Below, one piece after another: positions 47,302 to 57,733 of a DNA stretch of 64,000 nt (within the stretch, counting starts at the first letter, position 1; each line of letters starts with the position of its first letter). Position numbers and translations under genes: made by a program. This DNA comes from an uncultured delta proteobacterium (GTDB taxonomy: Bacteria > Desulfobacterota > Binatia > UBA9968), in NCBI GenBank assembly GCA_963816145.1, contig CAWFJP010000030.1, forward strand, positions 224,001-288,000, in the 5' to 3' direction. The notes under the pieces were generated by a model. The model was not told the DNA's origin. It saw only the letters and a list, made by a program, of their open reading frames with translations, and searched no databases.

Positions 47302-49270
47302 CTACTTATCGCCAGTGGTCGAACGAGTCGCAGTCAATCGCCGCAGCGCTTCATCCTCTGAAATCAACTCCAATTCAGCCAACAAACGTTCCAGATTTTC
47401 CCCGCCGAGGGTCTGGCCTCGATGCGCCGTGATCACCGCCGCCATCTCGGCAACCGTCGGCGATTGAAACAAGGATCGAAGCGGCAGCTCCAGCCGGAGC
47501 TGTTGAACGATTTGGGACACGATCCGTGTAGTAGCGAGAGAATCACCTTCCTTATCATAAAAGTTATCATGGATACCGTCGCGCTCTAGCTCCAAGACCT
47601 CTTGCCAACTCCCGGCTCGCTGTCGTTCGACTACTGAATTGGGCTCGACGTAGACGGACTTTGGATGATCCGGACGAAGGCTCGTCGGGGCCGGCCAGGC
47701 GTGGCGATCGATTTTTCCATTGAGATTCAGCGGCAGGGCGCAAGTTGGACGAATCCTGAGGGAATCAGGAAGTCGGGGGTTTTTCTTTGAGATAGCTTCG
47801 TAACGACTCGACCTTGGGCGCCGGAGATTGAGCTGCGATAAAGTAGCCAACCAGTTTTTCTACGCCTGATTTCCTAGTCATGCCCAGTACCACCGCATCC
47901 TTCACACCGAGATGTTCCATCAAGACTCGCTCGCCTTGTTCCGGCTCGACGCGATAACCGCGGATCTTGATCTGAAAATCTTTGCGCCCCAAATGAAGCA
48001 AACCGCACTGTGCCGTCATGCGCCCAAGATTGCCGGTGAGATAAATCCGCTCGCCGCTACCCTGCGGATAGAGGCAAAACTTTTCGCCACTTAGTTCCGG
48101 TAGTTGCCAATAACCCGAAGCGATGAAGCGACTCTTGGCGCGATCTGGTCCGTCGCGCCAAACAAAACAGGTTCGCCCTTGTCGTCGAGGATCAGCAACT
48201 CCTTGCCTTCAAGCGCCCAGCCCAGCGGCAGCGGGCCAGGACTGATCGCTGTCGACCGGTCCATCAGCCGCCAACTGATGGTTTGCGTTTCAGTGGCGCC
48301 AATTCGATGCAGGAAGACGCTGTCATGAGGAAAATGTTTTTGGTAACTCTCGACATCGCTGTGAAACACGGGAGCGCCGGATAAGTGCGCCGGGCGCAAA
48401 GCCGGAAACCGTTCCCCCGACGCCAGACTTTCGATCATCCGTCGATATACCGTCGGAATGGAATGCCAGACGGTAATCTCGTCACGGCGGAACCAAGCGG
48501 CTAGGCCTCAAACGCCCAATGCCGCCACGTCGTACGGAAACAGACACGCGCCCGTGAGGAGCGCAGCAAAGAGGTGAAGCTCGCAGGCGCGAAAGCTTAG
48601 GGAATGAAGCAGTGTAAGCCGATCATGGCGGCTCACAGGAACCTGGTTCACTGAATAACGGATCTCGTGGAGCGTGTTTAGTTGCATTTCCGCGACTCCT
48701 TTGAAGCGGCCCGTCGATCCGGAAGTATGCAATATTTACGCGTAATAATCGCCGGTGATCGGTATTCCCGGATTGTCATCGCGCGCCGTGCTGTCGGCGT
48801 CCTCCATCAAGACCGTTCGATACCCGTTGCAGAAGAGGTCAGCAACGGTCGCGCTAATCGATCGGTCGGTAATGATAACCGCCGCAGCGCGGTCCTGCAC
48901 CACCGACACGTTGCGCGACGGCGGGAATGACGGGTCTAAACGCAAGTAAAACTTACCAGTCCTGAGGATTCCCAGACGCGCCACCACCATCGCCGAGTGA
49001 TCCGTTAAACAAATCCCGATCGGTTCCGGCCCGCTGCCGCGGAAAGACACAATTATGGTGATCGAGCCGATTCGCCGCCCGGTTCAATCGATCGAAAGTA
49101 AAGCTCCGATCTCCCTGTTTCAAGGCTAATCGATCCGGATAGAGCCGCACGACTTTCTCAAACCTTGCGGCGATCGATTGCCCGACTTCTTCGGCGGCGA
49201 ATTCGCTAAAGCCGCTGCCGAGATGCCAACACTTGTCCCACAGAATCTCTTGCTCCGCCAGCGACTTCAA
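47302..49270 (-). pseudogene. Multiply frameshifted A-T didomain gene
   Basis: Fragments in successive frames: SIAARFE, TSGSTG, GATET, GRKDFQIKIRGYRVE, NGKIDR, LFQSPTVAEMA, ELELISEDEA. Confidence 0.88.
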
Positions 49271-49688
49271 TCCAATACACCTAAGGATCTTCGCGAAACT
49301 CCAATTGGTTCCATAGCCGGTATCCTTGTCCTCATCATAAAATCGATTACCACGGCCACTTAAGCTTGCGAACTCGGATTGAGGCGACAAATGCTCAGCC
49401 ACCCCACCAAAACCGATTAGTAATACATACCGAAAGAGACTCGATCGGTTGAGCATCCGGTCAGCGTGTTCGACGATAGCATTTGAGAAACCTGGAGTGA
49501 ATACGTTAGTGACGCCAACACAAATATTCGGCTAAACTAGCGAGATAGCTGCGAACATACGATTGCGCCATCAAGATCTGGCATGGAAAATAAAGCTTTA
49601 ACTCTTTCATCACACCATCTTTCATCACACCATCCTGACGACCCGACTGCTATCCGGTATAATTGCACGGAACATCCGCTGCAAAAAT

Positions 49689-49791
49689 GTCCGCGGTGAT
49701 GGGTCTGAACAATCTCCAAGTCACCGACTGGATTTTTGCCCGAGCCGAAAAGAATGTGCCGAAGAAAGCGGCGGCGATGAGCAGAAAATAA
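49689..49791 (+). repeat. Diverged duplicate of the hydrolase 3' end (about 47130-47246)
   Basis: MGLNNLQVTDWIFARAEKNVPKKAAAMSRK* versus MDLNNLQVADWILAWVEKNVPKKLAAVGKK*. Confidence 0.85.
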
Positions 49792-49979
49792 GTTCGCTGT
49801 AGAGTCCGATGACGCCAAAATCTCGTGACAGATTTCGTTGAAGGACAATCAGTTCAAACTCAGCCTGCGAATGGAGGACATCGCCCAATAACCGATGCCG
49901 ATCCGGCTTTATCTGTTGCCCGGCTTTTCTTCGGCTCTCTCGGAGGATCGTGCAAGGACGAAAGACTCAGAAGGACAAA

Positions 49980-51944
49980 CTACTTTTTGGTGATGGTCGA
50001 ATTAACTTCCTTCACAAGAAGCTGAGCTTCAGCGTCCGACAGCAACGCTAATTCGTCTAAGATGGTTGCTAACTGGTCTTCGTCCAACCTCTTCCCTTGA
50101 TGCTCGGTGATCACCGCGGCCATTTCAGCAATGGTCGGAGACTGAAATAGCGATTGCAGTGGTATCTCTAACTGATACTGCACGAAAATCCTCGACACCA
50201 CTCGGGCTGCTGACAGCGAGTGGCCTCCCAGATCGAAAAAGTTGTCGTGTATACCTATGGGGTGAACAGCAAGAACCCTTTCCCAAATCTTCACTAAGCT
50301 ATCTTCGGTCTCATCCTGTGGCTGCGCGTAGGGTATGCCAAGCTCCGGGCGCTCTTGGTCTGGTTCAGGCAAGGCTTTGCGGTCGAGCTTGCCGTTGGCG
50401 GTAGTTGGTAGGGCTTTCATCCTCACAAATACTGCGGGTATCATGTAATCGGCGAGTACGTTACTCAAGTATTTCCGTAACTCACGTGTTGTCGGACCCT
50501 TCTCAATTGAAGATGTAAAATAAGCGGCGAGCCGACTCTCTCCCAATTTATCTTTTCGATCCACGACAACCGCGTCGCGGATGGCCTTATGACTGCGGAG
50601 GGACGCCTCAACCTCGTTAAGATCCACACCATGGCCCCGAATCTTAATCCGGGCGTCCTTGCGCCCTTTGTGCACCAAGCAGCCGTCGGGGAGCATTAAC
50701 CCAAGGTCCCCGGTGAAGTAAAGCCGCTTGGTCGGATCCTCTGGATCGTGCTTGAATTTTGCAGCGGTCAACTCCGGATTATGCCAATAGCCCAATGAAA
50801 GATGGGAACTGCGTACGACGATTTCACCGACCTCATGGTACCCAACCTGATCACCGTTATCGTCGAGAAGTAGAATTTCATTTCCAGGTGTGGGATAACC
50901 CACCGGCACATCGTCCTCCGTTAATTGGTTGTATCCGTCAAAATAAAAATAAGCCAGGTCATGTGTTTCGCTAGAGGAGAGACCGTTAGCGAGAAGGCTG
51001 TTATGGGAAAAATGCTTCTTGTACAGCTCAATGTCAGATTTCCTGGCGTGATCGCTTCGCAGTTTCAGCACGCGCAACTCTGGAAATTCGTCTTCGGTAG
51101 TCAACACCTCGCAGAGTTGTCTATACAATGGTGAAGCAATGTGGCAGATAGTTGGTTTTTGGTTCTTTAAGTAATCGCGTAGCTCCGCGGCGCTTGCTTG
51201 CTGCGCGGTAAACGGCAAAAGCGCAGCTCCGTTCAGGAGCGCGTAGAAGCATTCCTGGACAGCATTTGATGTTCCTGACGAGAGATTTGAGACTCGGTCT
51301 GATGGACAGCAGCGGAACACATTAGTGCGCAGCATGATACTGTGCAAGAATATTCTGTGAGTATTCACGACTGCCTTCGGTCTCCCCGTGGAACCAGAGG
51401 TATATGCAATTAAGGCTATGTCGTCCGGCGAAATCACTAAATTTGGGTTCTCGCCAGAAAAGTCTTTATCTTCCGTATCGCAAGCTAAGACTCTCGCGCT
51501 TTCTGCCATCAATTGTGTTGCCGCCCCCGTGTTGCGTAAGTCTGCTATCATGAATTGTGTTGAGCAATCATCAAGGATCATGCGCATTCGATTTTCCGGG
51601 AGAGACGGCTCTACGATCACGAAAAAGTGTCCCGCTTTTATGACTGCGATCATCGCTGCAATCTGCTTGATTCCCTTCTCAAACAACAACGCGATGGGTT
51701 CGTTGGAGGGGAGGGACCGTGCGATGAGATTATGAGCCATCTGATTGGCTACGGCATTTAACTGGGAGTAACTTACAAGCTCATGATCGGTCTCAATTGC
51801 GGTATGATCAGGATACTGCCGTACAATCTTCTCAAACCGTTCAGGGATCGAGGTCTCGACATCTTCCTTAGGAAACTCAATAAACATTCCAGAAGCGTGA
51901 AAGCATCTAGCCTGAATCGCTTCTTGTTCCGGCGGTAACTTCAT
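49980..51944 (-). CDS. Stand-alone A-T didomain protein
   Basis: YTSGSTGRPK, YFTGDLG, GRKD.RIKIRG, PTTANGKLDR, NFFDLGGHSL; SD GAGGAGG; AT-richer than the core genes. Confidence 0.9.
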   Translation of the reverse strand: MKLPPEQEAIQARCFHASGMFIEFPKEDVETSIPERFEKIVRQYPDHTAIETDHELVSYSQLNAVANQMAHNLIARSLPSNEPIALLFEKGIKQIAAMIAVIKAGHFFVIVEPSLPENRMRMILDDCSTQFMIADLRNTGAATQLMAESARVLACDTEDKDFSGENPNLVISPDDIALIAYTSGSTGRPKAVVNTHRIFLHSIMLRTNVFRCCPSDRVSNLSSGTSNAVQECFYALLNGAALLPFTAQQASAAELRDYLKNQKPTICHIASPLYRQLCEVLTTEDEFPELRVLKLRSDHARKSDIELYKKHFSHNSLLANGLSSSETHDLAYFYFDGYNQLTEDDVPVGYPTPGNEILLLDDNGDQVGYHEVGEIVVRSSHLSLGYWHNPELTAAKFKHDPEDPTKRLYFTGDLGLMLPDGCLVHKGRKDARIKIRGHGVDLNEVEASLRSHKAIRDAVVVDRKDKLGESRLAAYFTSSIEKGPTTRELRKYLSNVLADYMIPAVFVRMKALPTTANGKLDRKALPEPDQERPELGIPYAQPQDETEDSLVKIWERVLAVHPIGIHDNFFDLGGHSLSAARVVSRIFVQYQLEIPLQSLFQSPTIAEMAAVITEHQGKRLDEDQLATILDELALLSDAEAQLLVKEVNSTITKK

Positions 51945-52365
51945 ACGGCCTCCTCTAGACTCACTCGCGGGAGTTTCATTCGTTCCATGGTGCGCGGTGA
52001 TATCCGAATTAGCCGTATTATATGATCGAATTTACTCTTGACAAGTAAGGTAGCGGTGAGGATTTTTGCCCTGTAGAATTAAAGGAGATCGAAGGAAATC
52101 GCGGTAAGGAAAAGGTGAGTTGGCAGATCTCGGATTTAGCTTAAAAACTGAAAATCCAAATAGTTAACAAACAAATCTAGATGAAGGATTTCGCTCACGA
52201 CCTGTGCAGGGTAGATGCCCGAATTTCGCCGTAGGATTGACCGGTACGACGTTTCGTTTAAGTCCGAGTAGTGACGACTACGCGGGAAATAGGCTACACT
52301 ATTGTTTCTCGTACTTGGCCATCGCGTCCAACAGATCAATATCGTTACCCGGGGAGAATTTCTCA

Positions 52366-53052
52366 ATGAGTGCTCGTATCATCAGTTTCCCAGTCGCCTT
52401 GATTAGCGTTCTTCTATTCCTTTCGCGATCACCTTACCTATTCGCCGCCGACTCCGCCGCCGCGCTCACCGTACGCGACTCAGGCACGCCACTCTATGCG
52501 CAGCAGGATCCTGAGACCGAGCCGATTATGCGGTTGCAGAAGGGCGAAACTCTGACGCCGATGGCCGAGAGCGTCGGCCAGGAGATCTGGTACATGGTGC
52601 GCACCAAGCAAGGCCAGATCGGCTGGGTACGGGCGGCGGACCTGACTGTCAGCAGTCAAGTTAAGGAATCGTTCAAGGAGAAAGAGCCGGCATCCTCCAG
52701 CTGGGGCGCCGTGACTGAAGACGGCAAAGCCTTCGGCGGTAGCTACACCGTCGATCCGAGTTCGACGGGAAGCGTTGCGCGCGGCTTCTGGACATTGCGC
52801 GACGCCAACGGCAGCACCGTGCTGCGCGGTTCCTGGTCGATGCAGTTGCATAAAACCGGGTGGAACGGCACCTGGAGAGCTGCGGTCGAAGGCCGGGGCG
52901 GCGATTTCACCGGCAGTTGGTCGGCCGAGCTGCCGACGGCGCGCACGGGTCGTATCGCCGATATGTTCGAAATGGCGGCCAAGGAAGCGGTCAAAGGCTT
53001 ATGGACCGGCGCCAATCAGTCCGGCAGCTGGTCGATCAAGACCTTCAAATAA
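52366..53052 (+). CDS. Secreted SH3b-domain protein with Trp/Gly-rich beta domain, copy 1
   Basis: Signal peptide; L.KGE.L, WYMVRT.QGQIGWV (bacterial SH3); repeated G.W strands. Confidence 0.75.
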   Translation: MSARIISFPVALISVLLFLSRSPYLFAADSAAALTVRDSGTPLYAQQDPETEPIMRLQKGETLTPMAESVGQEIWYMVRTKQGQIGWVRAADLTVSSQVKESFKEKEPASSSWGAVTEDGKAFGGSYTVDPSSTGSVARGFWTLRDANGSTVLRGSWSMQLHKTGWNGTWRAAVEGRGGDFTGSWSAELPTARTGRIADMFEMAAKEAVKGLWTGANQSGSWSIKTFK

Positions 53053-53248
53053 CATCGACAACGTCGAGCGCAGCCGCAAAACCTGCGGTGGCTGCCTAAG
53101 TTTGTTGAAGACTACTGTCGTGCCACGCCAAAATGACGGCTCACGCAGGGTATTGTCGAATCGCAGCACGGGATTGGCCTACCGGCCGTTTCCAGCGTCG
53201 GAGGTCGATTCCGTGGAATCCCATTCGAGAACTGGGGAGAAACGGTCA

Positions 53249-53944
53249 ATGGCAATTCGAATCGCCACTCTTTGCTCTGCACTGCTCTGCTGCGTGCTGG
53301 TCCTCGCCGACTCAACCAGCCTTCGCGCCGCTGCGGCGCCAGCGCTGACTGCGCGCGAGCCTGGGACACCGCTCTATGCACGCCAGGATCGCGAGTCCAA
53401 CCCGATCATACGCTTGCCGAAAGGCGAAGTCCTAACACCGATAGCGGAGAGTGTCGGCCAAGAGATTTGGTATATGGTGCGCACCATGCAAGGCCAGATC
53501 GGCTGGGTGCGCGCGGCGGATGTCGGTGCCAGCGAGCAGGTCAAAGAAATTTCAATAGAAAAGGAACCCGAGTCGTCCAATTGGGCGGTGGTTACGAATG
53601 ACGGCAGAACTTTCAATGGCAGTTACAGCGTCGATGCGAATTCGACCGACCGATCGGTGCACGGCGTTTGGGCATTGCGCGATGCCAACGGAAACACCGT
53701 GCTTCGTGGCGCCTGGTCCGCGCAAATGCAGAGCACGGGCTGGAAAGGCAGCTGGCGGGCGTCATTCGAAAGTAGCCAGGGCGATCTTACCGGCAGTTGG
53801 TCCGCGGAGCTGCCGGCCGCGGGCACTCGGCAGTTTGCCAGAATGTTCGAGTTGGCAGCCAAAGACGCGATCAAAGGCCTCTGGTCCGGCGCCAATCAGT
53901 CCGGCAGCTGGTCGATCAAAACGTTCAAACCAACGGTCGAATAA
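53249..53944 (+). CDS. Secreted SH3b-domain protein, tandem copy 2
   Basis: Collinear with copy 1; true start MAIRIAT with SD GGGGAG. Confidence 0.75.
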   Translation: MAIRIATLCSALLCCVLVLADSTSLRAAAAPALTAREPGTPLYARQDRESNPIIRLPKGEVLTPIAESVGQEIWYMVRTMQGQIGWVRAADVGASEQVKEISIEKEPESSNWAVVTNDGRTFNGSYSVDANSTDRSVHGVWALRDANGNTVLRGAWSAQMQSTGWKGSWRASFESSQGDLTGSWSAELPAAGTRQFARMFELAAKDAIKGLWSGANQSGSWSIKTFKPTVE

Positions 53945-54153
53945 TCCTCCTCGTCTAACCGGCGAAAAAATTTTCGAAGGCATCGCCCATGCCGTGAGCA
54001 CCGACATCACACAACACCGCAGCCGGTATATTAGTATGTTTGTTGAAGACTCCTGCCGTGCCATGCTAATCAAAGCTACGGCGTACGCATGGCACCGAAG
54101 ACTCGCAACAGCGCATCCTACCCACAAATTTTTCAATCATCGGCAATTGCCCA

Positions 54154-55809
54154 ATGGATCACGGGGCCGGGAGATCGGCTTTAATGCTGCGCTCCTATAA
54201 CCGCTTCGCGGTCCTGGCCGGCTCATTGATCGCGGTATTGCTGGCGCTGAGTTTGCTCTACATGCTCGGCATGTATTACCTCGAAGGTAAGCCGAGAAGT
54301 TTCATGCAGGCTCTGCAATGGGCCGCCGGCACGGCATCGACCACCGGTTACGGCGGCGATCTCTCCTGGCAGCATCCGGTGATGGTGGTATACGTCGTCT
54401 TCGCGCAGTTCATCGGCGTCATCTTGCTCTTCCTGGTTTTTCCGATCTATCTGATTCCGTTTCTCGAAGCGCGGTTCGAAACCAAATTGCCGAAAGAATC
54501 GGCCAATGCCAGGAATCATGTGGTGATCTTCGACTACGGTCCGGCGGTCGCCACACTGATCACCGAACTGGAGCAAGCGAACATTCCCACGGTTGTCATT
54601 GATGAAGACGAGAACGATGCGCGTCACCTGTTAGAACAAGGCCACCGGGTAATTTACGGCAATCTCGACGAAGGCGTTTTGGAAAAATCCAATCTCAGCG
54701 CGGCCCGTGCGCTGATCGTCAACAGCAGCGATGACCGCAACGCCGCGACGATTTTAGCAGCGCGCCAGTTGGGCTTCACGGGCGAGATTCTCGCCTTGGT
54801 CGAAGACCCGTATCATCGCCAACCGATCATTCTCGCCGGCGCCAGCGGCGCCTACACGCCGCGCCACGTCCTTGGCGCAGCCCTCGCCGCCCGCGCCAGT
54901 CAAAAAGTCAGCCCGACGGTCGCGGGCATTCAACATCTCGGCCACAAACTCCAAGTCGCCGAGGCGCGCATCACCCGCGACAGTTCGCTCGCCGGCAAAA
55001 CGCTCGCCGAGGCCGATCTCGGCCAGCACGCCGGTGTGACGGTGATCGGCCAGTGGGTCAGCGGCAAGTTGATCGCACCGTCGGCGCCGAGCATGCGCCT
55101 CGAAGCGGGCGGCATCCTCATCCTCGTCGGCAACGACGCCAGCATCCGCAATTTTATGAATCTGTGCGCCGGCGCGCGCCAGCTGCGCCGCGACGGACCG
55201 TTTCTGATCGCCGGCGGCGGTGAAGTCGGGCGCAAAGTCGCCGAACTGCTCACCGACTGCGGCGAAGAAACTTTCATGATCGATACTCGCCCCGGGCCGG
55301 GAGTGAATCTGGTCGGTAACGTGCTCGACACCCAGATCCTCAAACAAGCAGGTTTAGAAAATGTCCAGGCGGTAATCCTCGCGCTCAGCGCCGATGCAAC
55401 GACGATATTCAGCACTGTCATCGTCAAGGACTTAGCGCCCGATGTTCCGGTCATCGCTCGGGTCAATCGCGCCGAGAACGTCGAACGAATCTACGCCGCC
55501 GGCGCCGATTTCGCCTTGTCGATCAGCCAGGTCTCCGGACAACTGCTCGCCTGGCGACTGCTCGGCAAAGAATCGGTGGCCGTAGACCCCGAGCTACGGG
55601 TCATCAAAGTGTCCACCCGCGGCTTGGAGCATCTTAAACAAAATGATCTGCGCGAAAAAACCGGCTGCTCCATCGTAGCGGTGGAGCGGGGCGAGGACCT
55701 ATTGGTGGAGTTCGGCGCTGAATTTAAGTTTCGATCCGGCGATGCCGTGTATGTCTGCGGCAGCGTGGAAGCGACGCAGAAGTTCTATCAGCAGTTTCCG
55801 CAGGAATAA
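54154..55809 (+). CDS. Potassium channel with tandem TrkA_N/TrkA_C (RCK) domains
   Basis: TM-pore-TM with STTGYG filter; two Rossmann-like RCK domains (YGPA, GGGEVG), each followed by TrkA_C. Confidence 0.85.
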   Translation: MDHGAGRSALMLRSYNRFAVLAGSLIAVLLALSLLYMLGMYYLEGKPRSFMQALQWAAGTASTTGYGGDLSWQHPVMVVYVVFAQFIGVILLFLVFPIYLIPFLEARFETKLPKESANARNHVVIFDYGPAVATLITELEQANIPTVVIDEDENDARHLLEQGHRVIYGNLDEGVLEKSNLSAARALIVNSSDDRNAATILAARQLGFTGEILALVEDPYHRQPIILAGASGAYTPRHVLGAALAARASQKVSPTVAGIQHLGHKLQVAEARITRDSSLAGKTLAEADLGQHAGVTVIGQWVSGKLIAPSAPSMRLEAGGILILVGNDASIRNFMNLCAGARQLRRDGPFLIAGGGEVGRKVAELLTDCGEETFMIDTRPGPGVNLVGNVLDTQILKQAGLENVQAVILALSADATTIFSTVIVKDLAPDVPVIARVNRAENVERIYAAGADFALSISQVSGQLLAWRLLGKESVAVDPELRVIKVSTRGLEHLKQNDLREKTGCSIVAVERGEDLLVEFGAEFKFRSGDAVYVCGSVEATQKFYQQFPQE

Positions 55810-55821
55810 GACCGGAGGATT

Positions 55822-56011
55822 TAACCACAAAGAGCACAAAGGATACAAAGGTTTCAGAACGGTTACCTGTCACACTCCACAACCCGGGGAGAAGCTCCAA
55901 CCACTGGGAGCTTCCTCTCCTACAATTCCGGTTAACCCTTTTGCGTTCACCGCGCCATTCGCGGTGAAATATACGATTCCGAATCTTTTACTTTGTGACC
56001 TTTGTGGTTAA
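55822..56011. repeat. AACCACAAAG(AG)CACAAAG / CTTTGTG..CTTTGTGGTT palindromic element between convergent genes
   Basis: Inverted arms at both ends; a variant of the CACGAAG family. Confidence 0.65.
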
Positions 56012-56017
56012 ATCTTC

Positions 56018-57076
56018 CTAATTCCCCGGCGACAACATAGGGCGCAACTTTTCCTTGAGCTTGACTGGCATCGACAGACCGTCAGCGATCATGCCGCGCA
56101 GTTGCTCGCCGGAGATTGGGCCGAGAGAGAGTCGCGATTTTTCCGCTTCGGCTAGCAATTCCGGATCACGCAGGGTTTTTTGCAGCGCGGCTTCGAGGGC
56201 GCGGACTCGATCGACCGGCACGGCAGGCGGCAAGGCGTAGGGACGGGCGTAGCTATTGGGTTTCACCAAACCCAAGCGAAACAGCTGCTTCTCCTCATCG
56301 TTACGGGCAAATTGGTAGATCGACGGGACGCTTTTCTGCGGCAGGTCCGTGAGCGGCTCCTCGACCCATTGGGACAAGATCTGCCATTCGCCGGTTTCGA
56401 ACTCTTTCATGTTGGTCACTCGCAGCGACTCCCAGCCGGTGACCACGCTGTCGACCTCTCCCGACTTCATCGCCAGGCGGATCTCCGCGGTGCCTTTGAA
56501 ACCGTTGACAACTTTCACGTTAGCGCCGAAGACCTCGCGCATCAGCATCGCGGCATGTTGAATGCCGGTGTTGGGCACCGCGCCGATCACCACCTGCTTA
56601 CCGCCGGCAATGAAATCTTCCATTTTGCCGATGCCAGGCTTCTTGGTCACCACCATGATGTATTTGAAAAAATCCGGCGCGCCGATGTAATTGAACTTGG
56701 CGAGATCGAACTGCACCGACTTCGAGCCATAAATCTGCATCGGCACGATGCCGCCGTCGAAGCTATTGATCAGCGTGCCGTCTTTGGGCGCTTGATTGTA
56801 GGTATAGTTCGCCGAGATCAGCGTGCCCGCGCCGGGCATGTTGTTGACGAGAATGTTGGGATTGCCGGGAATATGCTTGCCGAGATGGCGCGAGATCACC
56901 CGTGCGTAGGTATCGAATCCGCCGCCGGCCGAGTGGCCGACCAGAATCGTCACGGTCTTGCCGCGGTAAAAGTTGGCGACCGCCTTCTCGTCATAGCCAG
57001 CCTCCGCGGCAATCGCAGCACGACCCATTGTCCCGAACAGCATCACCGCCACAAGCGTCGAAATATTTCGTTTCAT
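56018..57076 (-). CDS. TctC/Bug substrate-binding protein
   Basis: GHSAGGGFD, NMPGAG, PKDGT, GFKG. Confidence 0.9.
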   Translation of the reverse strand: MKRNISTLVAVMLFGTMGRAAIAAEAGYDEKAVANFYRGKTVTILVGHSAGGGFDTYARVISRHLGKHIPGNPNILVNNMPGAGTLISANYTYNQAPKDGTLINSFDGGIVPMQIYGSKSVQFDLAKFNYIGAPDFFKYIMVVTKKPGIGKMEDFIAGGKQVVIGAVPNTGIQHAAMLMREVFGANVKVVNGFKGTAEIRLAMKSGEVDSVVTGWESLRVTNMKEFETGEWQILSQWVEEPLTDLPQKSVPSIYQFARNDEEKQLFRLGLVKPNSYARPYALPPAVPVDRVRALEAALQKTLRDPELLAEAEKSRLSLGPISGEQLRGMIADGLSMPVKLKEKLRPMLSPGN

Positions 57077-57103
57077 AAGTCCTCCAGCCTTTATCGTCCC
57101 ATG

Positions 57104-57733
57104 CTATGCCGACAGCTTGGCCATCAGAGATTGCGAATCCATCACCACGCCAAAGTGCTTGTCGAAGTTGTTGAGCGTCGCCTCCTGCTCGGCTTGGGAG
57201 AAGGACGCGTTGCAATCCGAGAGAAACAGCACTTTGAAATCGCGCATGGCGCCGTCCCGCGCCGTGCTGTCGCAGCAAACGTTGGTCGCCACTCCGGTGA
57301 TGGCGATCGTGTCGCGTCCCATGGCGCGCAAAAGATTCTCCAACTGCGTGCCGTAAAAGCCGCTGTAGCGAAATTTTTTGACCAAGATATCTTCCGCCGT
57401 CGGCTTAACCGGCTCATAGATCTCCGCCCCCGGCGCGCCTTCGAAATTGTTCCATTCGTCATCGGCGTCATGGGTTTGCGGCTTTATATCGGCGAAGATA
57501 CCGACGTCGGCGAGATCGCGCCGCTTGGTGGTATGAAGATAGATCACCGGCACTTTGCTGGCGTGGCAGAAGCGCAGCAGTTGTTGAATCTTCGGCACGA
57601 TATCCTCGGACGACGGCAAGTAACGCGCGCCGCGCGGGTGTACCCAGATATTTTGCATGTCGACCAGGATCAGTGCGACATTTTTGGTCGTGATCGGCCA
57701 ATGATCGGCGGGCCGGCCTTGAGTCGCTGTCAT
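57104..57733 (-). CDS. Isochorismatase family cysteine hydrolase
   Basis: ALILVDMQN, K.RYSGF, GVATNVCCDSTARD. Confidence 0.9.
   Translation of the reverse strand: MTATQGRPADHWPITTKNVALILVDMQNIWVHPRGARYLPSSEDIVPKIQQLLRFCHASKVPVIYLHTTKRRDLADVGIFADIKPQTHDADDEWNNFEGAPGAEIYEPVKPTAEDILVKKFRYSGFYGTQLENLLRAMGRDTIAITGVATNVCCDSTARDGAMRDFKVLFLSDCNASFSQAEQEATLNNFDKHFGVVMDSQSLMAKLSA

Noticed and set aside
49603-49632. 15-bp tandem duplication TCTTTCATCACACCA x2
   Set aside because: Only two units in decayed intergenic DNA; most simply replication slippage.
53117-53125. Sigma54 promoter from TGGCACG on the minus strand (also near 54056-54063)
   Set aside because: No TTGC -12 element at the required spacing.
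52775-53944. 389-aa ORF as a single protein
   Set aside because: Its N-terminal part overlaps SH3 copy 1 out of frame; the real gene starts at 53249.
54154-55809. TTGYG filter as a novel ion selectivity
   Set aside because: TTGYG is a common variant in prokaryotic RCK-gated K+ channels.
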